From Albugo candida (taxonomy: Eukaryota), in contig JBDOQK010000033.1 in assembly GCA_040437565.1 (NCBI GenBank), positions 186,001 through 250,000 on the forward strand: 64,000 bases of DNA, given 5' to 3'. Of this stretch, positions 37,101 through 49,552 are shown in pieces. Each line of letters starts with the position of its first letter. The stretch's first letter is position 1. A model generated the notes under the pieces. It had not been told where the DNA came from. It was given only the letters and a program-made list of their open reading frames with translations, and searched no databases. A program made the position numbers and the translations under genes.

Positions 37101-40035
37101 ACCTCGACAAATGCAAACTGGCGGCATCGACGAGAAAAAGCGCATTGCTCAAGTGATTCGGAATGCCGTAAGACCATTTGTACCACGTGCTACGTTTGAT
37201 GCCGCACTAATTGCGTCTTCAATGTCCATGGAAGCAAACGCATTGGAGGAAGCGGATACGAATGGAACTCAAGAGGATGAACAGAAAAAGGAAGAAACTG
37301 CGTGTGGATTACAACTCATGCAACAATATATTCGAATTGCATCGACTCATATGCAAAGTAAAATGGAATTGGCACATTTAGAGCAAGTAGCTAGAATCCA
37401 AGCGCCTCCGCCGCCCCACTCGTCCGCAACTGGAACTCAAACTATGTTGACTGTTCCTCGTGGCGCTCCACAGAACCTTTCCACGCATCAAAATCCATCC
37501 AAATTGAATGCTCCTTTGTACGCGATCCAAGTGCCCGACATGCGATTCGCTCTGATGCTCACACAACCGCTCAAACTTGGCAATTTCATCGGCCTATCGG
37601 GGAATCTCGCAAGTGGTACTTCACTTGCACCAACGCCGACTGCATCCACGACATTCGCATCGACACCATCGACATCTGCAGCTCCAAATGCGTCTATTTC
37701 ATTGGAAAATCTCTCTCTCGGACTCATTATCAAAATGTATGGCTTACAATTCCCCGTGGTGTCGATGCGTGAGCACATGGAGAATCACGACTTTTCTGTC
37801 GACGAAATGCATAGAGCCTCTGCCTTTGGAAATGACAACATGCACGCCAACACATATTCTCGTGATTGGCACGATGTATCGTTTGCAGCTCCAAGCACTC
37901 ACGTGAGTGAGTCGCGATCTGCTTACCACAGTATTGAATCAGTGCCACCCATCAGCACACCAGTCTCTGGGAGAAACGTACTTCGATTTATGGGAAATAC
38001 CGCTATGAGTAATATCTCATCGCTGCCTCAGACAGCCACCACAGGGAATGGAACGATTGATCCAGCAATTCAAGTCCCTCGGAAGCTTCTTGCTCGATTA
38101 ACAGCTCTAGAAATCCCGCCATTACCTTTTGATTTCGGTGCATTGAGACTATCAGATGGCACTATGTTTTCCATTTACGCACATCCAAACAGCCCGCACA
38201 GCATCCATCCTCCAAATTCCATGCTCGTCGGAAACAATTCCGGAAACATTGGCAATATTGGAACTTCCAGCGTCAACGCTCACTCTTCAACCATCGGCTC
38301 AGACTTAAGCTCGGGAAACGGCTTGGAGACGACTACAACACACAAATTTGGCAGTCCGATGCTCATGTTAAGTGGTCCTCTCGGAATGGTTCCTTCAAGT
38401 TCGGCAAGTGCTCTATCAAACATTCCGTCTCCGTCACCTTCTGTGAGCTCTAATTCGACGTCATATTCAGCCGCGACGTACAATGTGATTGGAACATCGA
38501 ATTTTGGAGCGAATCGAATGGGTTGGCGTCCACAGAAAAACTTGCTGGTGGCGGAATTAAGCGAACATTCTGGCGCTGTCACTCGTGTGGCTGCAGCCAA
38601 AGACTTTAGCTTTCTTGCGTCTGCGTCACAAGATGGAACCGTAAAGCTCTGGTCAATTCGATCCATGCAACACAGCATCAATCAGCGGTCTCAATGCACT
38701 TACGACGTCCACGGAGGCGTTCTCACCGATATGCTCGTGATGGATAATTGTCATTCTGTCGTGTGTGCAAGTACAAATGGAATCGTTTCTTTATTCCGCG
38801 TCGACAGAGGAAGCAATACAAGCTCTACGTCCAACATATCGTCACCTTCCAAAAGCTTCCAAACCACAGAAATCAAACAAGTACGAGTTCACGATCAAGC
38901 TATTGTAGTTTTGGATCATTTCGACACCGTTTCCGAATCGCTAGTCGTATACGCGACACGTGATGGATCCATTTACGCGTGGGATTTACGCATGAGACGT
39001 CTTGCGTGGACGCTGTACGTGTGGCCAGAACTCGGATACATCACCGCGATCACACATCCACTCGATGTCATGTGGTTACTTGTGGGTACAAGTCGTGGAT
39101 TCTTATGTGTGTGGGATCTCCGTTTCCTCATTCTTATCCGAATATGGCGACACTCTTCTCAGCGCATGATTCATCGTCTGGAACCGTGTCTTGGTCTCTC
39201 CAACACAGCTCGACTCGAGGAATGCGCGGTACCACTCGTATTCGTCGCAGCCGCTGACGGCGATGTCGGTGTTTTCGACCTGAGTATGGGCGCTTGTCGT
39301 GCGGTATTCAGGAATCTACATGCACAAGCCACCGATGCGGAAGCATGTCAATGTCCTTCACTCATTCACATTCCAATTCCTCATCGAAATCGACAAATTC
39401 TGACAAGTCTTCTTGGAATTGGTGGAATTGTGGCCGCATTTGAAGACATTGCAACGCCAATTATGAGCGAAGAATACAGCGTGCGTGCGATTTTATGTCC
39501 TGGAAACCATTTACGCAATGTCGGCGATGCGATAATCACCGGCGGAGAAGACCGACAAATACGATATTGGGATCTTCGTAATGGGAAACACGCATTCACA
39601 ATTTCTGGCGAGAGTCAATCGACTTGCTTTTACGACAATCAAACCGCTCCCAACGATTGGTGGCGCATCACTAACACATTTGGAACGCAACGGAAGGAGA
39701 ATCCCGATACGAATTCTCGGACGGATGAATGGGAAAGCGAAGGATCCATTAGTGGACGCACTTGCACGAATGAAAATACAATTGGATCCGTCACAAAGGC
39801 TCAAATGGCTTGGAGTAAATTAAATCCGCCATTGATTACAATCTGTCAAGACTCTTCCTACTTTTCATGTCCACAACCCAATGGAATCGCAAATGCTGTC
39901 GCTATGGAACGACGTGGTCTCATTCCTCCATCTACCACACATACAGATTGCATTTTGGATCTTACTTTGATTGATCTCAATGGTCCCATGCTCGTATCCA
40001 GTGCTCGTGACGGACTCATTAAAGTGTGGAAATGA
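34126..40035 (+). CDS. VPS15: VPS15/PIK3R4 (kinase + HEAT + WD40), single exon, 1969 aa
   Basis: MGN myristoylation start; LYDRVLSRPFL..EKKWITFQL; HGDVKLEN; DFAPFKPTYIPEDDP; HEAT repeats; C-terminal WD40 ending RDGLIKVWK. Confidence 0.97.
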   Translation: MGNAAARSQPASPLDSASQYRTYLMDYSYSNLNIVFNAILADSKFFKTIQCKCDDGMMVVIKLYRQYDLQETLTSVHMNLRLLSSVLSPLEAVPNLIPYADYQFSTKHHVAFLVRQYFAMNLYDRVLSRPFLSTIEKKWITFQLLKALEQCHRKGVCHGDVKLENLMIVTWNWLFLTDFAPFKPTYIPEDDPSEYHYYFCAIDGSGRSCSVAPERFYSPNSEGFVSGRRLEDRETKETGNNRDPSPAVRSPGSAVGGMHITSPSEASTTTGNAYQNSRASKEGTVLESMDIFSAGCAIAELFMGGKPLFDLPALLKYRRTGDTSILVATLKKIQDPILENLLLDMLQLDPNARKSASQYLTENLNRLFPMYFESFLFRFLALVLSCGGRIPDARIRLVCKYYGRLVKEIAGVDDVEGDRFFKQRLKEGFGADRHITLTDVPPSTTGQNISFDHDDTGGDVPCHVAQRVLDELERRSHRVRSSSGSNFDAFESGNISLSVKGGNTAREREARIKLHGNEQKKKIEKLHDQYNSIVATKQQWTESDLVGSNKCQGDTSEQAEKSSSDQDPRPSRTHEIKSNAKRGSISLDTSPLDCNRSDLNAISSMKLRAWGQEKNGVMIILSLVCSSLRHVQVPESKRTAIYLIHSLGRFTSDDVRLQRLVPFLLEVLKDSVASVRALAIRTVTFILDLITTVPLSDASVFPQYILDAMNPFPFDPDESVRIAFAKCLPRLASTARRFLELTHAIKPKSFTALPTSVGQKSSLHGSSSCYASWESHTPLQLTSNTFDKELNRLHKMISRFVVQLAAYDQKTSSSLVKRALLLDISRLCLFFGRERTLDVILPQLIAFLNDQEWQVRAAFFQAVPKIALLLGKQTVELYILPCIEQALIDVQELVITNAVHCLKALITLGLFQSARPEYVRKEAHAIRNWAPLDCILEKLGLVLPLVLHPSWWIRDAVFKLLADIAIQIGYVDTNVFLIPFVRPFLLESVVVLPRQMQTGGIDEKKRIAQVIRNAVRPFVPRATFDAALIASSMSMEANALEEADTNGTQEDEQKKEETACGLQLMQQYIRIASTHMQSKMELAHLEQVARIQAPPPPHSSATGTQTMLTVPRGAPQNLSTHQNPSKLNAPLYAIQVPDMRFALMLTQPLKLGNFIGLSGNLASGTSLAPTPTASTTFASTPSTSAAPNASISLENLSLGLIIKMYGLQFPVVSMREHMENHDFSVDEMHRASAFGNDNMHANTYSRDWHDVSFAAPSTHVSESRSAYHSIESVPPISTPVSGRNVLRFMGNTAMSNISSLPQTATTGNGTIDPAIQVPRKLLARLTALEIPPLPFDFGALRLSDGTMFSIYAHPNSPHSIHPPNSMLVGNNSGNIGNIGTSSVNAHSSTIGSDLSSGNGLETTTTHKFGSPMLMLSGPLGMVPSSSASALSNIPSPSPSVSSNSTSYSAATYNVIGTSNFGANRMGWRPQKNLLVAELSEHSGAVTRVAAAKDFSFLASASQDGTVKLWSIRSMQHSINQRSQCTYDVHGGVLTDMLVMDNCHSVVCASTNGIVSLFRVDRGSNTSSTSNISSPSKSFQTTEIKQVRVHDQAIVVLDHFDTVSESLVVYATRDGSIYAWDLRMRRLAWTLYVWPELGYITAITHPLDVMWLLVGTSRGFLCVWDLRFLILIRIWRHSSQRMIHRLEPCLGLSNTARLEECAVPLVFVAAADGDVGVFDLSMGACRAVFRNLHAQATDAEACQCPSLIHIPIPHRNRQILTSLLGIGGIVAAFEDIATPIMSEEYSVRAILCPGNHLRNVGDAIITGGEDRQIRYWDLRNGKHAFTISGESQSTCFYDNQTAPNDWWRITNTFGTQRKENPDTNSRTDEWESEGSISGRTCTNENTIGSVTKAQMAWSKLNPPLITICQDSSYFSCPQPNGIANAVAMERRGLIPPSTTHTDCILDLTLIDLNGPMLVSSARDGLIKVWK

Positions 40036-40075
40036 TGCAAATTGAAATGTCTCATTAGAGATACAAAGCACAATG

Positions 40076-41323
40076 CTACTTTTGGTCATTCGATACGATT
40101 TTCGACTCGGCCATGTGGACGTATCGACCGACAAACTTTTCCAATTCGACTTTTTCGGCGATAAGACGTGCGATCTCATTGCTTGGAATCAGATGAGAAG
40201 TGTCCGTATGCGCGATTTCGACTCGTTGCTTGGAGAGTAACGTCAATTGCGTCTGAAGTGATTCCTTTTGTGTCACGGTATCTTCCAGCTTTCTTTTCAA
40301 CGATTCATTTTCGAGATGAAGGTGACCGACTGCCGCCGACGCGGTCTTGAGCTGTTCTTCCTTCTCCAGTAACGCGTTATGGCTTTGTGCGAGATCCATC
40401 TTGGGCTTTGTTGCCTTCATTTCATTGAGAGATTGCGTCAATGCCTTTACTCGTTCATTCGATTGTGTCCATTGCGTTTGGTGGAAGAGAATCGTTTCAT
40501 TCGTGGCTTTCAATTTGGATTCCAACTCGTTTATCGCTTGAGAACGTTCCATTTCCATTGCATCGATTTGGCTATTTAGCTTACGGATGTGCTCGTTCAA
40601 AGCTTTCTTTTCGGTTTCATGGAGATACGACACCTCTTGCCAGTTGATTGCTTGCTGCATCAAGAAATCCTCGCAGTCTTTTTGCGTCTCACAGAGATTC
40701 TGATGGATTGCATCGCGTTCTTCTTGGAGACGATGCTGATGTTCCATGGTGCAATTCCGCTCCACTGCGAGGATCAGATTCTCCATCACAGAGTGTGTTT
40801 CGACTTTGTGCTGCGTTTCGATCCATGTCTGGGTGCATGCGGAAAGCGCTTGCTGCAATGCCACGCTGTTCGATGCGAGTCGCTGGATGGAAAATGTTTC
40901 CGTGGAAATGGAGGATTTCTCGACTTGAACTTGAAGCGGTTGGAACTGATCGGTGTACTGATTCTGAGTCCGGATGAGTTCTTTTTTCTGATAACGATAC
41001 ATTCGTGCGACATCTTCTTCGAGATGACAAATGCGTTGTTGTTGAGATTTGATTTGGGAATGTAATTGTAATTGTACGCCTTCGAGGTGTTTTGTTGATC
41101 TTTTGAGCTGAGCGTTTTCATCGCGTAAGAGTTCATTACTGACCTGAAGGGTTTCTAGTTTCATTTGCTTGGATGTGAGTGGAGGAGAGGCGTTTGTGTC
41201 TAATTGCTCGAATGAAGAACGATTTCGTTTACTGCCCGACGATCGATTTACATGGTCCATCTTGGCGGTGTGCTGACGCAGAGGATCGCAATTCTCTTTG
41301 GTGGTGTGACTCATTTCAACCAT
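40076..41323 (-). CDS. Hypothetical coiled-coil protein
   Basis: 415-aa ORF with heptad pattern; 3' end may be spliced. Confidence 0.7.
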   Translation of the reverse strand: MVEMSHTTKENCDPLRQHTAKMDHVNRSSGSKRNRSSFEQLDTNASPPLTSKQMKLETLQVSNELLRDENAQLKRSTKHLEGVQLQLHSQIKSQQQRICHLEEDVARMYRYQKKELIRTQNQYTDQFQPLQVQVEKSSISTETFSIQRLASNSVALQQALSACTQTWIETQHKVETHSVMENLILAVERNCTMEHQHRLQEERDAIHQNLCETQKDCEDFLMQQAINWQEVSYLHETEKKALNEHIRKLNSQIDAMEMERSQAINELESKLKATNETILFHQTQWTQSNERVKALTQSLNEMKATKPKMDLAQSHNALLEKEEQLKTASAAVGHLHLENESLKRKLEDTVTQKESLQTQLTLLSKQRVEIAHTDTSHLIPSNEIARLIAEKVELEKFVGRYVHMAESKIVSNDQK

Positions 41324-42027
41324 GTGACTATGTGACTACACGGGAAATATGTGTGATTTTTGTGAATATGGGTGCTTTTTGATTGGTAGAAAATAGGAAT
41401 AAATCTTGTATAGAGTGTCGTTAGTGTACACAATAAGGAGGTACAACAGTACAATTACATAAATAGACATGATGAATGGAAACAAACGCAAATGAGCTGA
41501 TGGCGAAATGCTACAGCAGAACGTAGATGGACGCATAAAATGATCTACCTAATGTGGATGTAGAATATTTTTTGACTTGAGTAGCTACTCAGGAGCTGGA
41601 TCGATAGATATCCTGAAGCAGTAACCATGAAAAGCTTGTGCGAATCTCTAATCGCTTGCTAAGCATATCTTTGTAAAGGAGCGTCCCATTCTAAAGCGAA
41701 GCGAATTGAACCTGTCCGCAAATTCGGCAGACGTACTGGAATCGAGTTCGTGATCTTCATTAAAGTTGACAGGACCATCGAGCATAATAATGGCTTTCCG
41801 TCTTGAGGGTTTCGAACCAACGACTTACAGACTTTTTGTTAGCCATTCAGACCAGAGGAATTTAGATGACTCGGCGTATATCTCCTTGACCGCAAGAACA
41901 CTACCTCTTTCTCCACATTGATCGCTTGATTTGGTATCAAGTATCCGTAGTAATTGATCTCTCTCATGAAAATAGCGTAGACACATCAAAAACGGTTTGC
42001 CACATTAGCATTCGTACCCTATCGATT

Positions 42028-42282
42028 ATGACGGTATCCCAACCACAATTGCGCACGACGGAAGAGATTGTCGCTCTAAAAAGAGCAGAAGATAAGTACG
42101 CGAGACGAAAGCTTGTTGCACAAGAATACATGAAGCTCGTACGGGACGATCTTACCAAGTGCTATATCGAACATGGTGTGAATCATTTGATGGCGTGTCG
42201 AGAGCTGAGAGAAGAATACGGAAGCTTGCTGAAGGATCCTCATCGTGGATGCGGTACTCCTGTACGTGATATTGCCCTCTGA
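42028..42282 (+). CDS. NDUFB10: Complex I subunit NDUFB10/PDSW
   Basis: LTKCYIEHGVNHLMACRELREEY motif. Confidence 0.8.
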   Translation: MTVSQPQLRTTEEIVALKRAEDKYARRKLVAQEYMKLVRDDLTKCYIEHGVNHLMACRELREEYGSLLKDPHRGCGTPVRDIAL

Positions 42283-42980
42283 GTTTTTGTATTCTCATCC
42301 AGTATATGCTATAGAAACTCGATATTTGACAGACAAGAAAAACCATACAGTAGTAGCCATAAGCCTTTGCAATTTCTCGCCAAATGCCAGAGATGTAATC
42401 AATAAAGCGCTTTTGATTGAATAATGGAAGGAGATGATTGTACTACGCAATTCCGAGAGTGTTGCTCCAAAAGATACTGAATCAATCACGACTAGAGCAT
42501 GTCTTGATGACATAGTCTTGGCGGGCAATATCTTCAGAAGTTTGTCTTCTTGGCTTGAAGCGAGCAATCTGATCCACTTGATTCATGACGAGGCTCCAAC
42601 TTCATACTGATTATACGATACGGATATTAAATAAACTTGTCCAACATCATTTATGCGACGATCTCTACAATGAGAATAGAGGCACCGCTTGCGCATTGAA
42701 ACGACCAAACTGTGTAGTATGACAATGGGCAACATGAAAGTAGTGCCCAGTGGATCAGGTACAGGCCGCAATGAGCTTAACTGGAGCCTATTATTACTCG
42801 AAGCTTATAAGTGTCATCACGTTTTGAATTGATAACTCGTGGCTCTGCATGTCCTCCCAAAGTAAAAGCAAATCAAAAATCGCAAGAAGAATCAAATAGT
42901 CAAGCAAGGTACTCCAGAACCCTTCTTACTAATGGGACAAATCCATCGAGTCGAGGATATTGATAGAAGCAGTAACGTCA

Positions 42981-44344
42981 AACGCTCGCTCTCGTCTCAT
43001 CTCTTTTCCTCGCCAAACGCTTGATTTCTTCTTATTTCATTCGACAGAAAGGAAGCTTTTTCAACTACCTTCATTCTGAAATTTTGTAACGTGCATTATA
43101 GCGCTGTCAGCACTTCGTGTCACAATACTGGTTGAAGGGCTTCTAATCGAGTTATTGGCGCGCTTCAAAATGTCTTTACATTCACTCTCACTTCAACTTC
43201 AACTTCAACATTCTGTTCATCGAAACCAAATCAAATCACTCTTTTCTCAAAACAAATGAGCGCGAAAAGAGAAACACTGTCATTATCAAAACTACTGGAG
43301 AATTCAAGCGTTCGTGGTGATGTTAATCGAAAGAAAAGAAATCCTGCGCCTTCCACTTCAACATTTCGTCCGCCTTTACGTCGACATCCTCCGTCCTCAT
43401 CCGCTGAATCGGCATGGAATACAAGTCAGCAGCAAAATTGGTGTGAGCCAGCACACAGTCAAGGCAGCATTGGTCTGATGAGATCTCCCTCGAATTCGCG
43501 ACATTTATTCAACTCGGCCCAGAGTAATACCGCGAGTCAAAGTATGCACCATTTTGGTTGCTCGCAAGGCGACCTGAGTCAGGATTGTAGGTTATCTGAT
43601 CTGAAAACAGAGNNNNNNNNNNNNNNNNNNNNNNNNNNNNNNNNNNNNNNNNNNNNNNNNNNNNNNNNNNNNNNNNNNNNNNNNNNNNNNNNNNNNNNNN
43701 NNNNNNNNNNNNAACGCTCGCTCTCGTCTCATCTCTTTTCCTCGCCAAACGCTTGATTTCTTCTTATTTCATTCGACAGAAAGGAAGCTTTTTCAACTAC
43801 CTTCATTCTGAAATTTTGTAACGTGCATTATAGCGCTGTCAGCACTTCGTGTCACAATACTGGTTGAAGGGCTTCTAATCGAGTTATTGGCGCGCTTCAA
43901 AATGTCTTTACATTCACTCTCACTTCAACTTCAACTTCAACATTCTGTTCATCGAAACCAAATCAAATCACTCTTTTCTCAAAACAAATGAGCGCGAAAA
44001 GAGAAACACTGTCATTATCAAAACTACTGGAGAATTCAAGCGTTCGTGGTGATGTTAATCGAAAGAAAAGAAATCCTGCGCCTTCCACTTCAACATTTCG
44101 TCCGCCTTTACGTCGACATCCTCCGTCCTCATCCGCTGAATCGGCATGGAATACAAGTCAGCAGCAAAATTGGTGTGAGCCAGCACACAGTCAAGGCAGC
44201 ATTGGTCTGATGAGATCTCCCTCGAATTCGCGACATTTATTCAACTCGGCCCAGAGTAATACCGCGAGTCAAAGTATGCACCATTTTGGTTGCTCGCAAG
44301 GCGACCTGAGTCAGGATTGTAGGTTATCTGATCTGAAAACAGAG
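42981..44344. repeat. 632-bp duplication either side of an N gap (42981-43612 = 43713-44344), probable assembly artefact
   Basis: Identical sequence, offset 732. Confidence 0.9.
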
Positions 44345-45220
44345 TTCTCTCTGTTATGATAAAATGTATTCTTCAAGTCACAGGAGAGACCTACTGGGTC
44401 GGAGGATGCACATCTCAATCACAATCGACTGTAATGATGTCACAGCCAATTTTACCGAGCCAAGATGAGATGAGATCAGTAAATAAATGTATACCGTGTC
44501 TAGCTACTTCTGACAAGAGTGACCATAGCACTTCCAACCGCCTTTGAAGAGCGTGCAAAATCATACATCGCATACAGAAATGATGCTCAGCTCTGGAAGA
44601 GGTGTACCGGAAAGCTCTTCGGGAGAGAATTGTGGGGTTGAGAATCTGGTCGAACGGGCCATGTTACCAGTCAAGAAAGAATTGGAGACGATGAAACATC
44701 GACTTGGCTCTAAAGGTGGAGTACCTTCAAGAAATGTAGACGATACAAATGCTATGAAGCTATCAATTAAAAAAATTGACAAATCCCTTAAGAAGTTACA
44801 AGATCAGGTATATGTTCATGGATTTTCCTATCCGCATATCATGCAATAATACGAGAGGATCAGGTCAGAAAATCGCAGAATCTTTTCCAAAAGGATCGGA
44901 AGGAATTATTTGGAAAAGTCGATGCGATACGAAATGAAGTCACTGCCATAAGGATGCAATGGAAAGCCGTCAATGACAAATTCAGTGCTTTCGACTTTGA
45001 CAATCAAAAGTTTTGGTTCGCATCGTTGGAAAGGATGACGAAGGAGAACTTGGACAATTTGATGGACGATGAGCACATGACTCGGATCACAACTGCAATG
45101 AAAGACTGCATATCTGATGATAGCGAAAACTTTCTTGAAGATCTATACGACACCGATCCTTACCATTTGTGTTCCGCGTTAAAGAAAATCAAACGAGCTC
45201 GAAAAAAAGCTGTCAAGTAG
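43988..45220 (+). CDS. Hypothetical SQ-rich protein with C-terminal coiled coil, multi-exon
   Basis: Consecutive ORFs separated by short intron-like gaps; INR/FPR-like tcactctcacttc upstream (~43914). Confidence 0.55.
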
Positions 45221-46116
45221 TTGATTGGTACACTGATGATTATGGTCAGAACGGGTCCGCCACTAGCTCTTCCTAACTAGCATTGCCAATATGAACTATT
45301 GGGATTTCTGTACGAACCGATGATGTATTTCTTCCCCATCTCAGTCGCGAACCAGCAAGTAATCTCGTCCATGATTGCCTCGATTCTAATACTACTATCC
45401 TGTCAACATCTCTGCTTAAACAACGAAGATTGATGATACATTGTAATCTAGGCACAACCAGGTGTGAAGCATTTGCAACAACCTCCTTACATTCCAAAGT
45501 GTCGAAATTCCAAACTTTCATTCATGGTTGAATGTCGGGTCCCATTGTACTATTATGTTCCTCTTTTACTACCAATCAACTGCAGCGGGCTGCGGCTCTT
45601 TCAACCACGTGGAAAAACGTATCAGCGGATACCAGTGACGAGTTTTCTTGATTGTGTCTCATTGCATTTTCTGGTACTACTCATAATATTTGTTGCATCG
45701 AAAAAATTGGTCGAAATTTGATCGTTGTACAGAATGTTCTCAATTCGTTTTGTCCATAGAAAACTCGCCGAGTCCATGGGATCATACACCTGGACGTGTA
45801 TCACACACATGACCGTGACATACAGCTTTCAGCGGAAGGAAAGGAGAGGCCCCACTAGTGAAGTCAACAACTTTATTGTTGAAGCCTCTCACCAGCAATA
45901 CCGTGCCATTCAATACACCCGACGAAAACCACTGAGAGTATTTGCGCTACTGTGTCGTTTCTGTGTAAGGCGATCAGTAAGAACACGCGCAGAAACCCTG
46001 TCTGAATTTATTAACTCTTCAACGCGCTACTTTGCGGAATGGACAGATTTCAGTATACACCCCATTCGATCCAAAAAGTATAGTATACAACAAGTATTCC
46101 GAAAAGAAGGGCTAAG

Positions 46117-47677
46117 ATGCCCCTAGATAACGTCGAAGATGCTTTAGACGACATGGATTCAGATCGCCCGATATCATTCGTCCGTCAAGCTTCACTGGAG
46201 ATAATGACGAGTATACGCCACCAACTCAGTTGTGAGCCTGTTTCAATGGGCGAATATATCCAAAGTCCTCAGGAACAGTTTTCTTCTGACCAAAGTCCTT
46301 TCGACAAAAATGACATGCAAAAAAATCACAGAAACGCAAATTCCATGAGAAATTTCACCGAACGTGATTGGTTACTCGACAAAAATGGACAAAGTGTATC
46401 TCAACCAGAGCCCGATAGCCTGCAGTCCGAGAAAATAAGCTCTAAAGCGAGTTTTCAGCAACGTGCAGGGACCAGTACTGTAATTGGATCAGTCTTCACA
46501 TTAACGAATACAATCCTCGGATCTGGAACCTTGACAGTGCCGTTCTCGATCGCATCCAGTGGCTGGTTACTGGGTAATATCGTCATGATTATCATCGCCT
46601 GTATCACACGCTACTCGGTCCATTTGTTGTTATTATCCAGCGATCTTGCGGGTCGAAAGACGGCACGAACGTATGAATCACTCGGACACTATACAATGGG
46701 AAGATTTGGTACGTTTCTAGCGGAATTTACATTCATTTTTGGTGGATTTGGCACTCTCGTCAGCTATATGATCTTCACAAGTGATTTGATCGCGAATGTG
46801 TTTGGCATCGCATCCGATCGGAAATGGCTGGTGAGTGTAACGTGCTTTCTGGTGGTTATCTTCCCGTTATCTATGTACAGAAAAATCGCAAAGCTTCGAG
46901 TTTCATCTTTAGCGGCTGTTATTTCGATCAGTTATGTCGTTCTATTTGTCTTTTGTGCATTCGTTTACAAACAATACAAGACCAACGGGACCAAAGAAGT
47001 GGATATCAGAGCAGTGATAATAGAGCCAGGATCCGTATACACCGTGACGCTTCTGATTGCCGCATTTGCATGCCACAATACCGCTCTTCCAGTGTACGAG
47101 GAACTGCGATCTCGGACTTTGAAACGTATGGATCGAGCGGTCTGTTATGCAACTTTGATCGCGTTTGTTTTGTACGAAATCATTGGGCTCTTTGGGTACC
47201 TCTTATTTGGCAGAGACACATTGGATAACATTTTACTCAATTTCTCAGCCGGTCACATCGATTACCATTGTCCGCAAATGCGAATTCCCATAGTAATTGG
47301 TCAAACGTGTATGGCTGTGGCTTTATTACTATCAGTTCCGGTCGCAATGTGGCCCTTTCGTTCGTGTCTTCTCAGCGTGTACTTGCGATGGCGAAATAAT
47401 GGACAGCAGACGCCGAGTCATAAAGCCACACGAACAGAATACGTTGTGGTCACAGTGTGCTCTCAAAGTTTGATTGTCTTTTGCTCGATTGTGGTTCCAT
47501 CGGTGAAGGTCGCATTGAGTATTGTGGGATCAGTATCTGGATCCCTATTGATTTTCATCATGCCGTCATTGTTCTTCTTGCTGCAGACATGCAATACGCT
47601 CAAAGAGGTCCAAAAACACTGGGGACCAGTAATGATGCTACTTACCGGAATTATGGTTGGTGCGTTGGGATTATCAT
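46117..47677 (+). CDS. Amino acid transporter (AAAP/SLC38, Aa_trans); C-terminus in gap
   Basis: NTILGSGTLTVP, AFACHNTALPVYEEL, GYLLFG, multiple TM helices. Confidence 0.93.
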
Positions 47678-47777
47678 NNNNNNNNNNNNNNNNNNNNNNN
47701 NNNNNNNNNNNNNNNNNNNNNNNNNNNNNNNNNNNNNNNNNNNNNNNNNNNNNNNNNNNNNNNNNNNNNNNNNNNNN

Positions 47778-49552
47778 TTGCAGTCTTCATATTCCGGGTA
47801 AATGTTTACAATCTTTCCGTTCCAGTAGCCCGTTTTAACGCGAGCAGAACGCTGAAGTGCATTTACACAGATTTCTGCGCGTCCGGCGATTACACGATCG
47901 AGTACATTCCTATACTCCTCACAATCAGTTTCTAGTACCTCGCATTAAAGTGTACCTGCGGATGCCCAATGTCGTTGTCTCTTGGAAGAGGATATTTTGC
48001 ATCAAATTCTCCATATTGGCGTGACACATTACGCTGCATTAGGACTCTATGAGGTATCCACACTATTTGCACGCAATATCCGCTCACCTCAATAGAATCC
48101 CCGGACGATTTTTCTTCATCTAACGAGATTGTGTCACTTTTCGTGCTTCGAAGTATCTGAAGTTGCTCACCTGAATATGCTGAGTCCACACATCCAGGGC
48201 TCCTTTCGACAGCAAGCGCTCCTGAACGTATCCCAATACTTGAGGATTCATATCGTCTAAATTGGCTTGAAGGACGCTAACAGTATCGCTGTTCTCATCG
48301 TTCTTTTCCATCGACAAAGTGGAACGATGGGAATGAGAGGGATGAAAGATGCTTGAAAATGAATCCAGGCGTCTACCGATGACCACACGAACGATATTTG
48401 GATGTAATGTAAAGTCTTTTGTGCCGGCACCGCAGCCCACGAGTTCGGGCACAAATGGTGGTGGCTGGCCATATGAAATGGCCAATGATTTCACAAGACT
48501 GATGCCTGTTGGTGTCACTAATTCCCCGTGTGCGCTGAAATGAATGTGAGTTTGAGGAGGAGTGAGAAAAGGAGGACTTACCCTTTGGGAGCCGGACACA
48601 CTGGAATCCCTTTAAGAAGCTGTAAGGTTGCGGGAGAAGGAATGGGCATCAAACCATGCATACAATGGACATGACCTGAGGAGTAAGGTAGATACGAAGC
48701 GTACACCTCGCGAATATCCATAAGCTCAAGTGCCAAGATCGTTCCGACGGTGTCGATGATGCTGTCGATTGCCCCAACTTCGTGAAAGTGAATCTAATCC
48801 AACTGTCAGAAGAATTTATGTGGAGTGCAGTGATGACAACCTGATCGGTTGTTGTCCCATGAACGCAAGCTTCTGCTTCCGCCAACAACTCGAACGTTTG
48901 AAGACTTTGGGCTTTTACCCAGTCAGAAAGATTACTTTTTTCCAAAATGGATTTGATATCGGACAAATTCCGTTCAGGACCATGATGATGGCTATGACTG
49001 TGTCTATTATCGTGATCAGTTGTAGAAGCAAGCTCACGAAGATGCGGCGCGTACGGTGGTGTTGGGTCTTCGATGTGTGTGATTCCATGGTGTTCATGTG
49101 GATGAGACTGCTCGACACCTTTATATGTCACTGGCGAAGTTGGTTCTTTGGCGATAGTACTTTGTATTCTGGTCTTTGCAGCTTCCACTCTATGCACGTT
49201 ATATCATCAGAACACACAACATCAATTACCTCGCGAGAAAATACCTGTTTTCTGGTTTTCCTGGACCGACTACGGCTGGAAGAAGCGGATGTTTGGACAC
49301 GACGCTTACCTTTGTTGAGTAGATCTTCCCTGATCCTCGCCAAACTTTTGCCACGTGAACTTCCCACTCGCCTTCAAGTTCCAAGAGACTTTGCAGTCCA
49401 TCTCGAAGCTTTTCGATTGGCGCTCCCTGGAAAGTAGAGAAGGTAAAACAGAAACTGCTTGAATCCTTTTGATTGAATCCTACAGCGTCAATCAACGCGC
49501 CCAGCAGCATATCGCCGGCAACCCCAGCAGAACAATCCAGATAAGCGAGCAT
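47778..49552 (-). CDS. larC: LarC nickel insertase of the nickel-pincer nucleotide cofactor (DUF111), multi-exon; last codons in gap
   Basis: [19 protein letters not shown], His-rich segment, [59 protein letters not shown]. Confidence 0.93.

Noticed and set aside
41795-41845. tRNA-like T-arm on minus strand (GTTGGTTCGAAACC..GACGGA)
   Set aside because: No matching 5' acceptor or D-arm found upstream, and the T-stem pairs poorly
47778-49552. Bacterial contamination as the source of larC
   Set aside because: Contains GT-AG introns and is contiguous with eukaryotic genes
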